A stretch of DNA of 64,000 nt from a phage, in the sequence record PZ445437.1; one strand, written 5' to 3'. Position numbers and translations under genes: made by a program. Of this stretch, positions 11,245-21,742 are shown piece by piece. The notes under the pieces were generated by a model, which did not search any database, was not told where the DNA came from, and saw only the letters and a program-made list of their open reading frames with translations. The number at the start of each line of letters is the position of its first letter. Position 1 is the stretch's first letter.

Positions 11245-13509
11245 TCATAATTTACAGGATGAACAATCTTCAGCTTTTGGAGTTTCTATTTCATAATCAT
11301 CAGTACCAGAACCATCACGGGTATTATGATAATAGAAATTTTTTCCGCCAAAATACCAAAAATACAAAAGGTCATCAATCATTATTGACATTGGAACCTT
11401 TCCTTTTGGAAAAATCTGTGGGTCATAATATGTATTCGCTGAAGCTGATTGACATACCCATTTCAGCATAATAGCTACCTGCGTAAGATAAGGTTTATTA
11501 CCTTTCTTAGCTAATTTCCATGTATAATCATAGAGGTCTATGTTATGCTCAATATTGGGCACGACTTGATTAAAGGAGCCCTCTTTTGATTCTTTAACAG
11601 AGACTGGTCCACGTGGAGGCTCGATACCGTTTGTACTGTTAGAAACTTGGGAAGATGACTCACATGGCATAAGTGCTGATAATGTGCTATTACGGATGCC
11701 AAAGAGCTTAAGGTCTTCCCGCAGCGACGACCAGTCACAAACGTATTTTGGAGCTGCGATTTGGTCAATCTTTTTATTGTACCAGTCGATAGGTAATTCG
11801 CCTCGAGACCAACGAGTGTCTGAATAATATTCGCAAGGTCCTTTTTCTTTGGCGAGCTTAATGGATGCTTTAATGAGTCCATACTGTAATCTCTCAAATA
11901 GTTCATGTGTTAAATCGTTAGCATCTTCATAAGAAGCAAAGTTACTTGCCAGCCAAGCTGCATAGTTAGTAACACCTACACCAAGGTTTCGACGCTTTTT
12001 AGCTTTTTCTGCTTCAGGAACTGGATATCCTTGGTAATCCAAAAGATTATCAAGAGCACGAACTTGAACTTCTGCTAATTCATTAATTTTATCTTGGTCT
12101 TGCCAATCGAAGTTATCCAGCACAAATGCAGAGAGAGTGCACAATCCAATTTCAGCATCAGGGCTATTCACATCATTTGTTGGAATAGCAATTTCACAGC
12201 ACAAGTTACTCTGACGAATAGGTGCCTTTTCACGAATAAACGGAGTATAGTTATTCGTATTATCAATGAACTGCACATAAATCCTTGCTGTTCCTGAGCG
12301 TTCAGTCATGAGCAATTCAAATAGTTCACGGGCTTTAATGCGCTTTTTACGAATATTAGGGTCTTTTTCTGCTGCTTCGTATAATTCACGGAAACGGTCT
12401 TGGTCTTTAAAATAAGAATAATAAAGCTCGCCACCCATTTCATGCGGACTGAACAAAGTAATGTAATCGTTCTTTCCGAATCGTTCCATCATCAAATCAT
12501 TCAGCTGAACACCATAATCCATATGACGAATGCGGTTTTCTTCTACGCCTTTGTTATTTTTCAAAACGAGAAGATTTTCAACTTCCAAATGCCAAATAGG
12601 ATAATAAGCAGTAGCAGCGCCGCCACGAATTCCACCCTGTGAGCATGATTTAACTGCAGTCTGAAAATGTTTCCAAAAAGGAATAACACCAGTATGACGT
12701 ACTTCACCCATGCCAATCTTAGAACCTTCGGCACGAATCATACCAACATTAATACCAATTCCAGCGCGTTTAGAGATATATTCAACAATTGAAGCGGAAG
12801 CCTTATTGATAGACTTCAATGAATCACCTGCCTCAATAACAACGCATGAACTAAACTGTCGAGTCGGAGTACGACAACCAGCCATAATAGGAGTTGGCAA
12901 TGAAATCTGTCGAGTAGATACTGCTTCATAAAAACGAATAACGTGTTTTAATCTATCAACAGGTTCATCTTGATGCAAGGCCATTCCAATAGTCATAAAT
13001 GCAAACTGTGGAGTTTCATAAATTTGACCAGTGGTTTTATCTTTAACTAGATATTTTTCTTTTAATTGCATCGCCCCGGAATAAGTAAATTCCATATCAC
13101 GCTCGTGCTTAATTTTTGATTCTAAAAATGTAATTTCTTCTGCTGAATATTTTGACAATAATTCAGGGTCATATTTACCTGCATTTACACAATAAGAAAT
13201 ATGGTCAATAAATGAACGCGGTTCATACTGCCCATAAACATGCTTACGAAGAGCAAACATTAAACAACGTGCAGCTACATATTGGTAATCAGGCTCTTCA
13301 ACCGAAATAGAATTCGCAGCGGCCTTAATGACAATAGTCTGAATATCATCAGTTGTCATTCCATCACGGAGATAAGATTTAATATTTTCATATAATTCAT
13401 AAGGATCTACTGATGTTCCTTCAGCTGCCCAAGATAAAACTTTAATAATTTTTTGTGGGTCAAAGCTCTGAGAAACACCACTACTTTTGATAACATTAAT
13501 TAATTGCAT
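11245..13509 (-). CDS. nrdA: ribonucleotide reductase large subunit (754 aa)
   Basis: Class I RNR alpha: ATP-cone N-terminus, NLCCEI active-site cysteine region; length equals T4 NrdA. Confidence 0.95.
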   Translation of the reverse strand: MQLINVIKSSGVSQSFDPQKIIKVLSWAAEGTSVDPYELYENIKSYLRDGMTTDDIQTIVIKAAANSISVEEPDYQYVAARCLMFALRKHVYGQYEPRSFIDHISYCVNAGKYDPELLSKYSAEEITFLESKIKHERDMEFTYSGAMQLKEKYLVKDKTTGQIYETPQFAFMTIGMALHQDEPVDRLKHVIRFYEAVSTRQISLPTPIMAGCRTPTRQFSSCVVIEAGDSLKSINKASASIVEYISKRAGIGINVGMIRAEGSKIGMGEVRHTGVIPFWKHFQTAVKSCSQGGIRGGAATAYYPIWHLEVENLLVLKNNKGVEENRIRHMDYGVQLNDLMMERFGKNDYITLFSPHEMGGELYYSYFKDQDRFRELYEAAEKDPNIRKKRIKARELFELLMTERSGTARIYVQFIDNTNNYTPFIREKAPIRQSNLCCEIAIPTNDVNSPDAEIGLCTLSAFVLDNFDWQDQDKINELAEVQVRALDNLLDYQGYPVPEAEKAKKRRNLGVGVTNYAAWLASNFASYEDANDLTHELFERLQYGLIKASIKLAKEKGPCEYYSDTRWSRGELPIDWYNKKIDQIAAPKYVCDWSSLREDLKLFGIRNSTLSALMPCESSSQVSNSTNGIEPPRGPVSVKESKEGSFNQVVPNIEHNIDLYDYTWKLAKKGNKPYLTQVAIMLKWVCQSASANTYYDPQIFPKGKVPMSIMIDDLLYFWYFGGKNFYYHNTRDGSGTDDYEIETPKAEDCSSCKL

Positions 13510-13826
13510 AAGTCCTCAACTTGAAAATCGTCTTTAAACAATCGGTTAACTATATGAGCTATTATATCACCATGACACGGCTTTGGTTTACATGTGCATC
13601 CTAGCCTCATTCCACGTAAAGGCTCTAAATGTGCTTTAGTTATTTCTCCGGATTTAATTCGACGTATAAAATCTTTTTTGAATAATTCAATGGCAGCCTC
13701 CCGGCTGCCAGCATCTTTACCGACGTAATTTCCCCAAAATGTACCACGGTGAATATTAACATCAAAGTCGGATTTATATTTATTCACTACCCGGCATAGA
13801 CGGCCCGCGCGGTTGTAGGTGTTCAT
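13500..13826 (-). CDS. hypothetical Cys-containing protein (108 aa)
   Basis: ORF track; between nrdA and td. Confidence 0.55.
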   Translation of the reverse strand: MNTYNRAGRLCRVVNKYKSDFDVNIHRGTFWGNYVGKDAGSREAAIELFKKDFIRRIKSGEITKAHLEPLRGMRLGCTCKPKPCHGDIIAHIVNRLFKDDFQVEDLCN

Positions 13827-14055
13827 ATTGTTCTTCCGTTAAAACAGTAATATCGTAGTAACAGTCAGAAGAAGTTTTAACTGTGGAAATTTTATTATCA
13901 AAATACTCACGAGTCATTTTATGAGTATAGTATTTTTTACCATAAATGGTAATAGGCTGTTCTGGTCCTGGAACTTCTAACTCGCTTGGGTTAGGAAGTG
14001 TAAAAAGAACAACGCCAGAAGTATCTTTAAATCGTAAAATCATACATCCTCGCAA
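13780..14055 (-). CDS. hypothetical protein (91 aa; start may be downstream Met)
   Basis: ORF track; 47-nt overlap with next ORF suggests one start is mis-set. Confidence 0.5.
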   Translation of the reverse strand: MRGCMILRFKDTSGVVLFTLPNPSELEVPGPEQPITIYGKKYYTHKMTREYFDNKISTVKTSSDCYYDITVLTEEQYEHLQPRGPSMPGSE

Positions 14056-14063
14056 TAATAAAA

Positions 14064-14924
14064 TTACACCGCCATTTTTCCTTTAATTGGCAGATGAGAT
14101 ACATAGTTGTTAAGAACAAAATTATGAGGCTTTGCAAATTGACTCAACCAAAATACCTGCGATTCTGTGTCCCATTCATCAAATTCATCTGGAAATTTTA
14201 ATTGTAATTCGCATAAATCCATAGGTTCACGACGTAAAATTTCTTTACATTGTTCTACGTGATTCATATAGATATGAGTATTACCACCAGAAAATATCAA
14301 ATCTCCAGGAATAAGATTACACATTTTAGCTACAATATGAACTAACGTAGCATATGATGCAATATTAAATGGAAGACCGAGGAAAACATCTACCGAACGT
14401 TGATACCACTGCAAATCTAAATAGCCATTACGCACATTAAACTGATAGAACATATGACAAGGCGGTAATGCCATATATTTAAGTTCAGCTGGATTCCACG
14501 CAGAAACAATTTGACGCCTATCATTTGGCAGTTTTTTAATACGATCAACAACTTCTATAATTTGGTCTACACCGCCAAAATCACGCCACTGTTTTCCATA
14601 AATTGGACCAAGTTCACCACTATGGTATCCTAAATCTTTTGCCTGATTTTCGTAATTTTCATCCCAAACTGTTTTGCCTTGGATTAACGAATCGTGTTGA
14701 ATTAATCGTAAATCATTGACATTTGTGCTTCCCGATAAAAACCATATTAGCTCAGCAATGCATGCATTCCAGGCGAGCTTCTTAGTTGTTACTGCAGGAA
14801 AACCTTTGGTTAAATCCCATCGTAATTTAGTACCGAACAAAGCAATTGTTCCTGTGCCCGTTCGGTCATCGGTTTCATAGCCATTTTCAAAAATGTCTTT
14901 AATTAAATCTTGGTATTGTTTCAT
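14064..14924 (-). CDS. td: thymidylate synthase, uninterrupted (286 aa)
   Basis: Continuous ORF with ThyA motifs (active-site PPCH, DLGPIYG); no intron. Confidence 0.92.
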   Translation of the reverse strand: MKQYQDLIKDIFENGYETDDRTGTGTIALFGTKLRWDLTKGFPAVTTKKLAWNACIAELIWFLSGSTNVNDLRLIQHDSLIQGKTVWDENYENQAKDLGYHSGELGPIYGKQWRDFGGVDQIIEVVDRIKKLPNDRRQIVSAWNPAELKYMALPPCHMFYQFNVRNGYLDLQWYQRSVDVFLGLPFNIASYATLVHIVAKMCNLIPGDLIFSGGNTHIYMNHVEQCKEILRREPMDLCELQLKFPDEFDEWDTESQVFWLSQFAKPHNFVLNNYVSHLPIKGKMAV

Positions 14925-14969
14925 TTAGTACCTTATATAAATTATAATACATTTTATGAAGCTAAATAA

Positions 14970-15317
14970 TCAATACGATTTAGCATCAAATTTTCTCTCA
15001 ATTTCAGGCGTGAAATATAATTCTTTACCGCGTTTGGAAAAGCGACCAATAATATGATAATTATTCTCATCAAACGTGATATTACCAATATCCATAGCTT
15101 TCAACCAAATATCGATATTTCTATCCAGCTTTATATCAAAATTCCAATACGGAGAACTATTACCGAAAATAATGCAAGCGGATTCAGTGAAACAACTGCT
15201 ATAAATCTTGTCTTTAGGAACTACTAATTGATAGACACCTTTAATAAACTGAGGACCCTGCCACTTTGGCTGTTTCTCGTCTTTTTCTAACAGAATAGGG
15301 TAATAATTAAAATTCAT
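14970..15317 (-). CDS. hypothetical protein (115 aa) between td and frd
   Basis: ORF track. Confidence 0.55.
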   Translation of the reverse strand: MNFNYYPILLEKDEKQPKWQGPQFIKGVYQLVVPKDKIYSSCFTESACIIFGNSSPYWNFDIKLDRNIDIWLKAMDIGNITFDENNYHIIGRFSKRGKELYFTPEIERKFDAKSY

Positions 15318-15336
15318 ATTTCCGCCACGCGTTATT

Positions 15337-16163
<827 letters not shown>

Positions 16164-16174
16164 ATCATCTCCAA

Positions 16175-16507
16175 TTAAAAAGGATCAGGAACGTATCCGC
16201 TAGCTTTAATCATTTTAATTAACGTTAACATTCCTTTGTTAACTGCTCGTGAGATTTCATCAAAAGCTTCAGGATTAAAAAGTTCTAACACGCCCTTCTG
16301 AACTTTTAATTTACAGCCAACAATTTCTTCATCGCCTATAGTAAATTCATTACCACCAATTCCTCCGAAAAACTTAATTACACCAGTTAACTGTCTTCCA
16401 CGAGAATATGGGTCGTGTGATAAATTAATATGAGTCACCCCGGGTACAGTTTTAAATTGGCAGCGAATGTTTACTTGGGAAATTCCAGTTACATGAATAT
16501 CAGACAT
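16175..16507 (-). CDS. hypothetical protein (110 aa)
   Basis: ORF track. Confidence 0.55.
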   Translation of the reverse strand: MSDIHVTGISQVNIRCQFKTVPGVTHINLSHDPYSRGRQLTGVIKFFGGIGGNEFTIGDEEIVGCKLKVQKGVLELFNPEAFDEISRAVNKGMLTLIKMIKASGYVPDPF

Positions 16508-16517
16508 AATATTTTCC

Positions 16518-16817
16518 TCAAACAGACTTTTTCACAATTTTCCAATCAGCTTTAAACTGTTCAACGTCAGAATGGTAAATCCAGAATCCTGCGCTTTCTC
16601 CATCCTCATAAAGAGGGCATCCATCACATTCATCTTCCCATCCCATATCACGCAAAAGACGTTCAGCTTTTTCAACAAGTTCAGAATCTTTACCAATAAT
16701 ATTAAAATACCATTTACCTCTAACTTCTGAATCTTTGATACTCTGACGTTGTAATCTCATTTTATTCTCCTTAGTTGATAAGGCTATAGTATCACTACCA
16801 TAGCCTGTTGTAAACAA
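16518..16817 (-). CDS. hypothetical protein (99 aa)
   Basis: ORF track. Confidence 0.55.
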   Translation of the reverse strand: MFTTGYGSDTIALSTKENKMRLQRQSIKDSEVRGKWYFNIIGKDSELVEKAERLLRDMGWEDECDGCPLYEDGESAGFWIYHSDVEQFKADWKIVKKSV

Positions 16818-17120
16818 TTATTTTTGAATTTTATCGAGCCACTTACCAAGCTTAATCATTTCTTTAGTAGCCTTTTCCATACTTCTGAACTTAACCAATA
16901 GAGGATAGGTATCGACACCCATAACTAAACTGGTTACAAGACTGTGTTCACCCACAAGCCATAACGAATACGTTTGAATATCGAGCCCGTAATTTCTGTC
17001 TTTGTGGACCCGTACACCCATCACTTCAAATTTCTCACTAGCTTTTTCTACCGCATTCAGGAAATCATCTTTAGTCATATTAGGCCTTAAAAGTTTTTCG
17101 CAAAAGTTCAATGATTTCAT
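16818..17120 (-). CDS. hypothetical protein (100 aa)
   Basis: ORF track. Confidence 0.55.
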   Translation of the reverse strand: MKSLNFCEKLLRPNMTKDDFLNAVEKASEKFEVMGVRVHKDRNYGLDIQTYSLWLVGEHSLVTSLVMGVDTYPLLVKFRSMEKATKEMIKLGKWLDKIQK

Positions 17121-17460
17121 CTACATTGTTTTCGTCAACAATACAGTGAATTTTTGTTACGCCAGAAACCTTGTCTTTGACTTCATCTTTTTCAGAAGTC
17201 GGTTCTTTATACTCACGAAAACAATGAAATTCGTCTTCGCAAATTTCTAAAAGTCTATCTTTGAGGTAAAAATGCTTTCCATTTGCGCATTCAATGTGTT
17301 TTACTGCTTTATATCCATTAGCGACGGAAACTTCTTTAACTTCAAACCATCCGCCATTATCTCGAATCGCTTTAACTATTGATGAATTAGAACGTGGGCT
17401 ATAATTAATAAATGTATCAATAAGTCTTGGAACAAGCTCATACTTTTTACCGGTATACAT
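17080..17460 (-). CDS. hypothetical protein (126 aa)
   Basis: ORF track. Confidence 0.55.
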   Translation of the reverse strand: MYTGKKYELVPRLIDTFINYSPRSNSSIVKAIRDNGGWFEVKEVSVANGYKAVKHIECANGKHFYLKDRLLEICEDEFHCFREYKEPTSEKDEVKDKVSGVTKIHCIVDENNVDEIIELLRKTFKA

Positions 17461-17504
17461 TACGTTTTCCTCATTTTAATAGGGGCTTAATAGCCCCTTG
17501 ATAA

Positions 17505-17732
17505 TTATTGTTCAATCAGTCCCATGTAAAATTCTGCGTCTTCGGCATCCATGCCATCACAATATTCATTAGCCATAAAGCGGGTGAGGTCTTCAAGAGG
17601 ACCTTCAATAACGATTTGAATACTCCAAAACTTAGAATCTTGCACGCTTGTGATACTAAGTTCAGGATAACGATTACGAATAATTTCTTCGATATATTCA
17701 AAATCAACGATGTCAATATCAACTTTAGCCAT
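17505..17732 (-). CDS. hypothetical acidic protein (75 aa; tracked ORF extends to 17795)
   Basis: Internal Met MAKVDIDIV preceded by AAGAGGAAAATAAT; the upstream part of the tracked ORF overlaps the promoter. Confidence 0.5.
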   Translation of the reverse strand: MAKVDIDIVDFEYIEEIIRNRYPELSITSVQDSKFWSIQIVIEGPLEDLTRFMANEYCDGMDAEDAEFYMGLIEQ

Positions 17733-17764
17733 ATTATTTTCCTCTTTAATCATCAGCAGTATTG

Positions 17765-17815
17765 CCGATAGTTGTATAGTACCATGGAAGGACAAGGATG
17801 TAAACCGTTTTGTGA
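17765..17815 (-). promoter_or_regulatory. T4-type early promoter
   Basis: Member of the repeated gtaaac...tatagtacca family; minus-sense GTTTAC then -10. Confidence 0.45.
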
Positions 17816-17830
17816 AAAAATTTTTGAAAT

Positions 17831-17856
17831 AAAAAAGGGGACCCTAGAGGTCCCCA
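17831..17856 (-). terminator. rho-independent terminator after gene 32
   Basis: GGGGACC-TCTA-GGGTCCCC hairpin followed by TTTTTT in minus sense. Confidence 0.7.
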
Positions 17857-17877
17857 ATTAATTAGTAATATAATCTA

Positions 17878-18783
17878 TTAAAGGTCATTCAAAAGGTCAT
17901 CTAGGTCCGTGTCATCAGCACTAGATGAACTGCCAGAGCTTGAGCTCATAAAATCATCTTCAGTTTTTGTATTGAAGTCATCAACATTGAATGCATCCAA
18001 ATCATCAGCAACTTTATCAGCTTTCTTAGCAGCAGTTGCAGCGGCACCGCCCATCACAGCAGTTCCCATGACTTGACCGAATTTAGTGCTCAGTTCTTCA
18101 AACGATTTGAATTTATCTTTAGAAGTCATTTCAGAAAGGTCAACCATTTGTTCGAACAGTTCTTTCTGGAAAGATTCATCGTCAATGTTTGGAATCGCAG
18201 ATTGATTTAGGAATTTAGATTCATCGTAGTTACTAAATCCAGAAACCTGTTTAACTTTCAGTACAAAGTTAGCACCTTCCCACGGACAAGTTACATCAAC
18301 TGGAGTTTCACCCATTTCAACATCAACCGCAATCATCGCGTTGATTTTATCCCAGATTTTCTTACCGAAACGATATTTAAATACTTTACCTTCATTTTCT
18401 GGAGCAGCTGGGTCTTTTACAACAAGAATATTAGCCCAGTAAGAAGTTTTACGTTTAACAAGACTGTACTCTTTATTGTCAGTGTTGTACAGATCATTTT
18501 TACTGATGTACTGACATACTGGGCAAGAATCGTAATCACCGTGGGTAGATGAACATGTTTCAATATACCATTTACCATTTTTCTTGAAACCGTGATTTAC
18601 AAGAATTGCGAATGGTGCTTGTTCATCATTTTTAGACGGAAGAAAACGAATTACTGCTTGACCGTTACCCGCATTATCGAGTTTCAGTTTCCACTCGCCT
18701 TTATCTTCAGAAGAAAAACCTTTATTGCCATTCAGTTTAGCCATTTGTGCAGCAAGTTCAGCAGTAGATTTACGTTTAAACAT
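17878..18783 (-). CDS. 32: single-stranded DNA-binding protein gp32 (301 aa)
   Basis: Protein [23 protein letters not shown]... with zinc-site cysteines and acidic C-terminal tail; recognised as T4 gp32. Confidence 0.95.
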
Positions 18784-18845
18784 TTTATTTCCTTTTTAAT
18801 TTAATTTAATTTAATTAACAGTTGGTGCTATGACACTTTACCTCA
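18784..18845 (-). promoter_or_regulatory. gene 32 autogenous translational operator
   Basis: Minus-sense ...GTGTCATAGCACCAACTG TTAATTAAATTAAATTAAATTAAAAAGGAAATAAA ATG: structured element plus UUAAA repeats before the start. Confidence 0.6.
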
Positions 18846-19475
18846 TAGCTGGCATAATTCGCAATACTCTGGGTCTTCGAGAGGTATCCAACCTGAGTTG
18901 AAATACTTTACCATCGATTTAGCAGTTGTATCAGTTATATTTATATTACCTTTAACTCTTCGCCATCCAGGAGTTTTACCGTACAGATTAGAGGATAATA
19001 ATAACACATAATTCTCGTAAGCAATATGAGATAATTTCCAAGACTCTATATTAGCTCGTGATGTTTTCCAAGGTCTAAAATCGTCACGGTTCATATAATT
19101 AGCCAATCTCATATGCTCTCTAACTTCCGGGTCTTTGGCTGGATGAGTTTCACCACTCACACCAAATCCACCACCAGCATATACCAGATTAAAATAGTCT
19201 GGATTATCTCTGGCATTTACTTCAAGTTGGTATTTTCGTTCTGCTTCAATAACATCCAAGTCATCATCAATTTGAATTATTTTAACGCTCGGTTTTTGAA
19301 GCATTAGCGCATTCAAAAATCTTTTTTGTTTACATGAGCTCCAGTATTCCTTTCCGGAAGAGTCATATATTATTCCGTTCTCAAATGAGCAATTTAATTT
19401 ACTACCGATATAGTAGTATGGCGGAGTCTTATTTTTGACACGGTCTTCAAATGTAAACCAATATACTATATTCAT
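18843..19475 (-). CDS. segG: free-standing GIY-YIG homing endonuclease (SegG-like), 210 aa
   Basis: N-terminal IVYWFTF...(11 aa)...YYYIGSK GIY-YIG motif; sits between 32 and 59. Confidence 0.65.
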   Translation of the reverse strand: MNIVYWFTFEDRVKNKTPPYYYIGSKLNCSFENGIIYDSSGKEYWSSCKQKRFLNALMLQKPSVKIIQIDDDLDVIEAERKYQLEVNARDNPDYFNLVYAGGGFGVSGETHPAKDPEVREHMRLANYMNRDDFRPWKTSRANIESWKLSHIAYENYVLLLSSNLYGKTPGWRRVKGNINITDTTAKSMVKYFNSGWIPLEDPEYCELCQL

Positions 19476-19476
19476 A

Positions 19477-20130
19477 TCAATACTTGCAAGATTTCACAGT
19501 TTCAATGAAAACATTTTTAGCTTTCTGTGAATCAATATTTAAAATTTTTCTATAAGCCTTTAACTTTATAGAATAATTATTCCAGACTAAATTATCAGTC
19601 TGTTCATCATGTTTATCAATTATATTTAAAAATGAATCAAGCAAGATAAACGTCTCAAACGAAATTATGTTCGACTGAAGCAGTTTAAAAATATAACTTG
19701 ATTGAACTTTTGGATTATATTCAAAGATTTCTTTAAAAGCAGAAACTTCAACTTTTTTACTAAAATAATAAATGTTGCGAATATCTTCTTCAAACTTAAA
19801 TTTAATTTGCTTTAAGCGTCCGATATATTCACGATAAAACACAAGTGCATCAGCGTCAGAGATGTCACCAATCCAAGCATCTTGGTTAGCAACCAAATTG
19901 CTTATAAAGATTAAAGCAAGTTCCTTTAATTTATATTTTTCTGATAACTTCTGGAAAAAATACTTATCCCTTCGCTTTTGATAAGCAGCATCAGACACCC
20001 GCATGCACCAATTATACTTAATAACATCATACTTTCCATTCATATGCTGTTTTATCATTAAGTATAATTTATAAACTGATTTACCATCAATGTATCTTTC
20101 ACCACCAGCAGGCATGCGGAGTTTAATCAT
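19477..20130 (-). CDS. 59: helicase loader gp59 (217 aa)
   Basis: Length and N-terminal sequence as T4 gp59; position between 32 and 33. Confidence 0.85.
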   Translation of the reverse strand: MIKLRMPAGGERYIDGKSVYKLYLMIKQHMNGKYDVIKYNWCMRVSDAAYQKRRDKYFFQKLSEKYKLKELALIFISNLVANQDAWIGDISDADALVFYREYIGRLKQIKFKFEEDIRNIYYFSKKVEVSAFKEIFEYNPKVQSSYIFKLLQSNIISFETFILLDSFLNIIDKHDEQTDNLVWNNYSIKLKAYRKILNIDSQKAKNVFIETVKSCKY

Positions 20131-20465
20131 AGCAGAAAATCTAATGTATTAGTTTTTTCACAACGAACAACAGAAGGACGTAAAAGATTTTCGTCAATAG
20201 CTTCTGACTGAATTTTTTCAATTATACCCGAAGGAATAAATTTAGCAAATTGAGTTTCAGGAATAGAGTTTTCTTCTAAGAATGCTGTCGTAGCTTCAAG
20301 ATAACTCATTCCAAACTCTTCTACCATTTTTTCAATAATAAATCCATTTTCTTGACGATCAAGAAGCTTTGCTATTTCATCCTTTTCTTTCTTGATTGAA
20401 AGTTCTTTTTCTGAAAGACCGGTCTCATCGACCGGGCGAATATCATTTAGAGAAAACTGTGTCAT
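20127..20465 (-). CDS. 33: late transcription co-activator gp33 (112 aa)
   Basis: Acidic small protein in conserved position; start placed at MTQFSLNDI. Confidence 0.75.
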   Translation of the reverse strand: MTQFSLNDIRPVDETGLSEKELSIKKEKDEIAKLLDRQENGFIIEKMVEEFGMSYLEATTAFLEENSIPETQFAKFIPSGIIEKIQSEAIDENLLRPSVVRCEKTNTLDFLL

Positions 20466-20712
20466 AAAGTTCAACTACCTCTTCAGTTTCAGCTTCAAAC
20501 ACATCACGGTTATCTTTATGATACAAAGCTAATAGACGATTAAACATCTTACCATCAACGCCAAGTTCATCTTTGGCACGAATTCGAATATCTTTAATCA
20601 GTTCATTATAACCGGAAATTTTCAGTTTATGATCAGATGCTTCTTTAATAAATTTAGCCAAGTCTTCGCCATGGATAGCTTCATCAAATTCAACCATTTC
20701 TTTTTTAGCCAT
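20443..20712 (-). CDS. dsbA: dsDNA-binding protein DsbA (89 aa)
   Basis: Length and position between rnh and 33 as in T4. Confidence 0.75.
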   Translation of the reverse strand: MAKKEMVEFDEAIHGEDLAKFIKEASDHKLKISGYNELIKDIRIRAKDELGVDGKMFNRLLALYHKDNRDVFEAETEEVVELYDTVFSK

Positions 20713-20720
20713 TATTCACC

Positions 20721-21638
20721 TCAAAATTCATTAATGCTATTAGTTAATTTAGAAAGACCCGCTTTTACAAAATATGAATAAATTTTGCCACGCGGTGGTA
20801 ATTTATATGAATTATAGTAATTCACAATGTTTGAAGCAATATTATCAGGAATATAATCAAAATCAATTAGAACTAAATTTTCTTTATAACGATTATATTC
20901 AGATTCTGTGAGAAGCACCTTAGCTTGCTCACGGTCATTAGCAATAGCTTCAACGATTGAAGTTTTCATTGAAGGAGTTCGTTCACCTTCAACTCTGGTA
21001 AACCAAAAGTCAGATCGTACTTTAACTGAAGCAACGTTATCCTTTTTGTCGCCTTTAAGGATTTTAGTCATGCAATCAATTTCAGCAGAACCGCTTTTAA
21101 TTTTAACCCATTTCTTATGCATCGGTGACCATTGCTTAACATTTGGATATTTGTGAAGCTGTGTAAAGTCACCATCCGATGAAATGATTAAAATCTTGTG
21201 TCCTTCTAAAGAGAACTTTTTAACAAGAACAGCAATGTGGTCATCCGCTTCATACTTATCAATATCCATAACAATGTATGGCATATAAGCTTTCAATTCA
21301 TCTATAACTTTATGGCTGGATTCAAAATAACCTTCCCAGTCCCAAGTAGATTCTTCTCGTGCTTTTCCACGGTTTTTCTTATAATAATAAGCGAAATCAC
21401 GACGCCAGTATCCAGATTTCGCGTTATCAATACACAGTACAATTTTAGTGTATCCAAGCGTTTTTGCTTTTTTGACATTAAACTTAATTGAGTTCAATAT
21501 CAAATGACGAACCATTGATAAATTAATTTTTTCTTTATCTGGGAAGTTTACTAAAGCAGTTGAAAGCGCAATTTGACTAAAGTCAATAAAGCAAATTCCT
21601 TCTTTGTAATCTTCATCCAACATCATTTCTAAATCCAT
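20721..21638 (-). CDS. rnh: RNase H / 5'-3' exonuclease (305 aa)
   Basis: FEN-family acidic motifs (CIDNAKSGYWRR, SSDGDFTQL); start placed at MDLEMMLDED. Confidence 0.88.
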   Translation of the reverse strand: MDLEMMLDEDYKEGICFIDFSQIALSTALVNFPDKEKINLSMVRHLILNSIKFNVKKAKTLGYTKIVLCIDNAKSGYWRRDFAYYYKKNRGKAREESTWDWEGYFESSHKVIDELKAYMPYIVMDIDKYEADDHIAVLVKKFSLEGHKILIISSDGDFTQLHKYPNVKQWSPMHKKWVKIKSGSAEIDCMTKILKGDKKDNVASVKVRSDFWFTRVEGERTPSMKTSIVEAIANDREQAKVLLTESEYNRYKENLVLIDFDYIPDNIASNIVNYYNSYKLPPRGKIYSYFVKAGLSKLTNSINEF

Positions 21639-21700
21639 ATGAACCTCGTTCAATTAGTGAGATTTCTATTATATACCATCCAAATCTTAAAGTAAACAAG

Positions 21701-21708
21701 TATAAATA
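21701..21708 (+). promoter_or_regulatory. late promoter TATAAATA for gene 34
   Basis: Exact TATAAATA about 35 nt upstream of gp34 ATG, then GGAG SD. Confidence 0.6.
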
Positions 21709-21742
21709 CTTATTATTGAAAACACAATAGGAGCCCGGGAGA

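Noticed and set aside
11259-12931. Plus-strand ORFs inside nrdA and other minus-strand genes (11259..11471, 12094..12297, 12400..12642, 12710..12931, also 5058..5440, 9168..9574, 36726..37232, 40731..41337, 44385..45438)
   Set aside because: Embedded antisense to well-supported coding sequences with no start signals; typical six-frame noise in AT-rich DNA.
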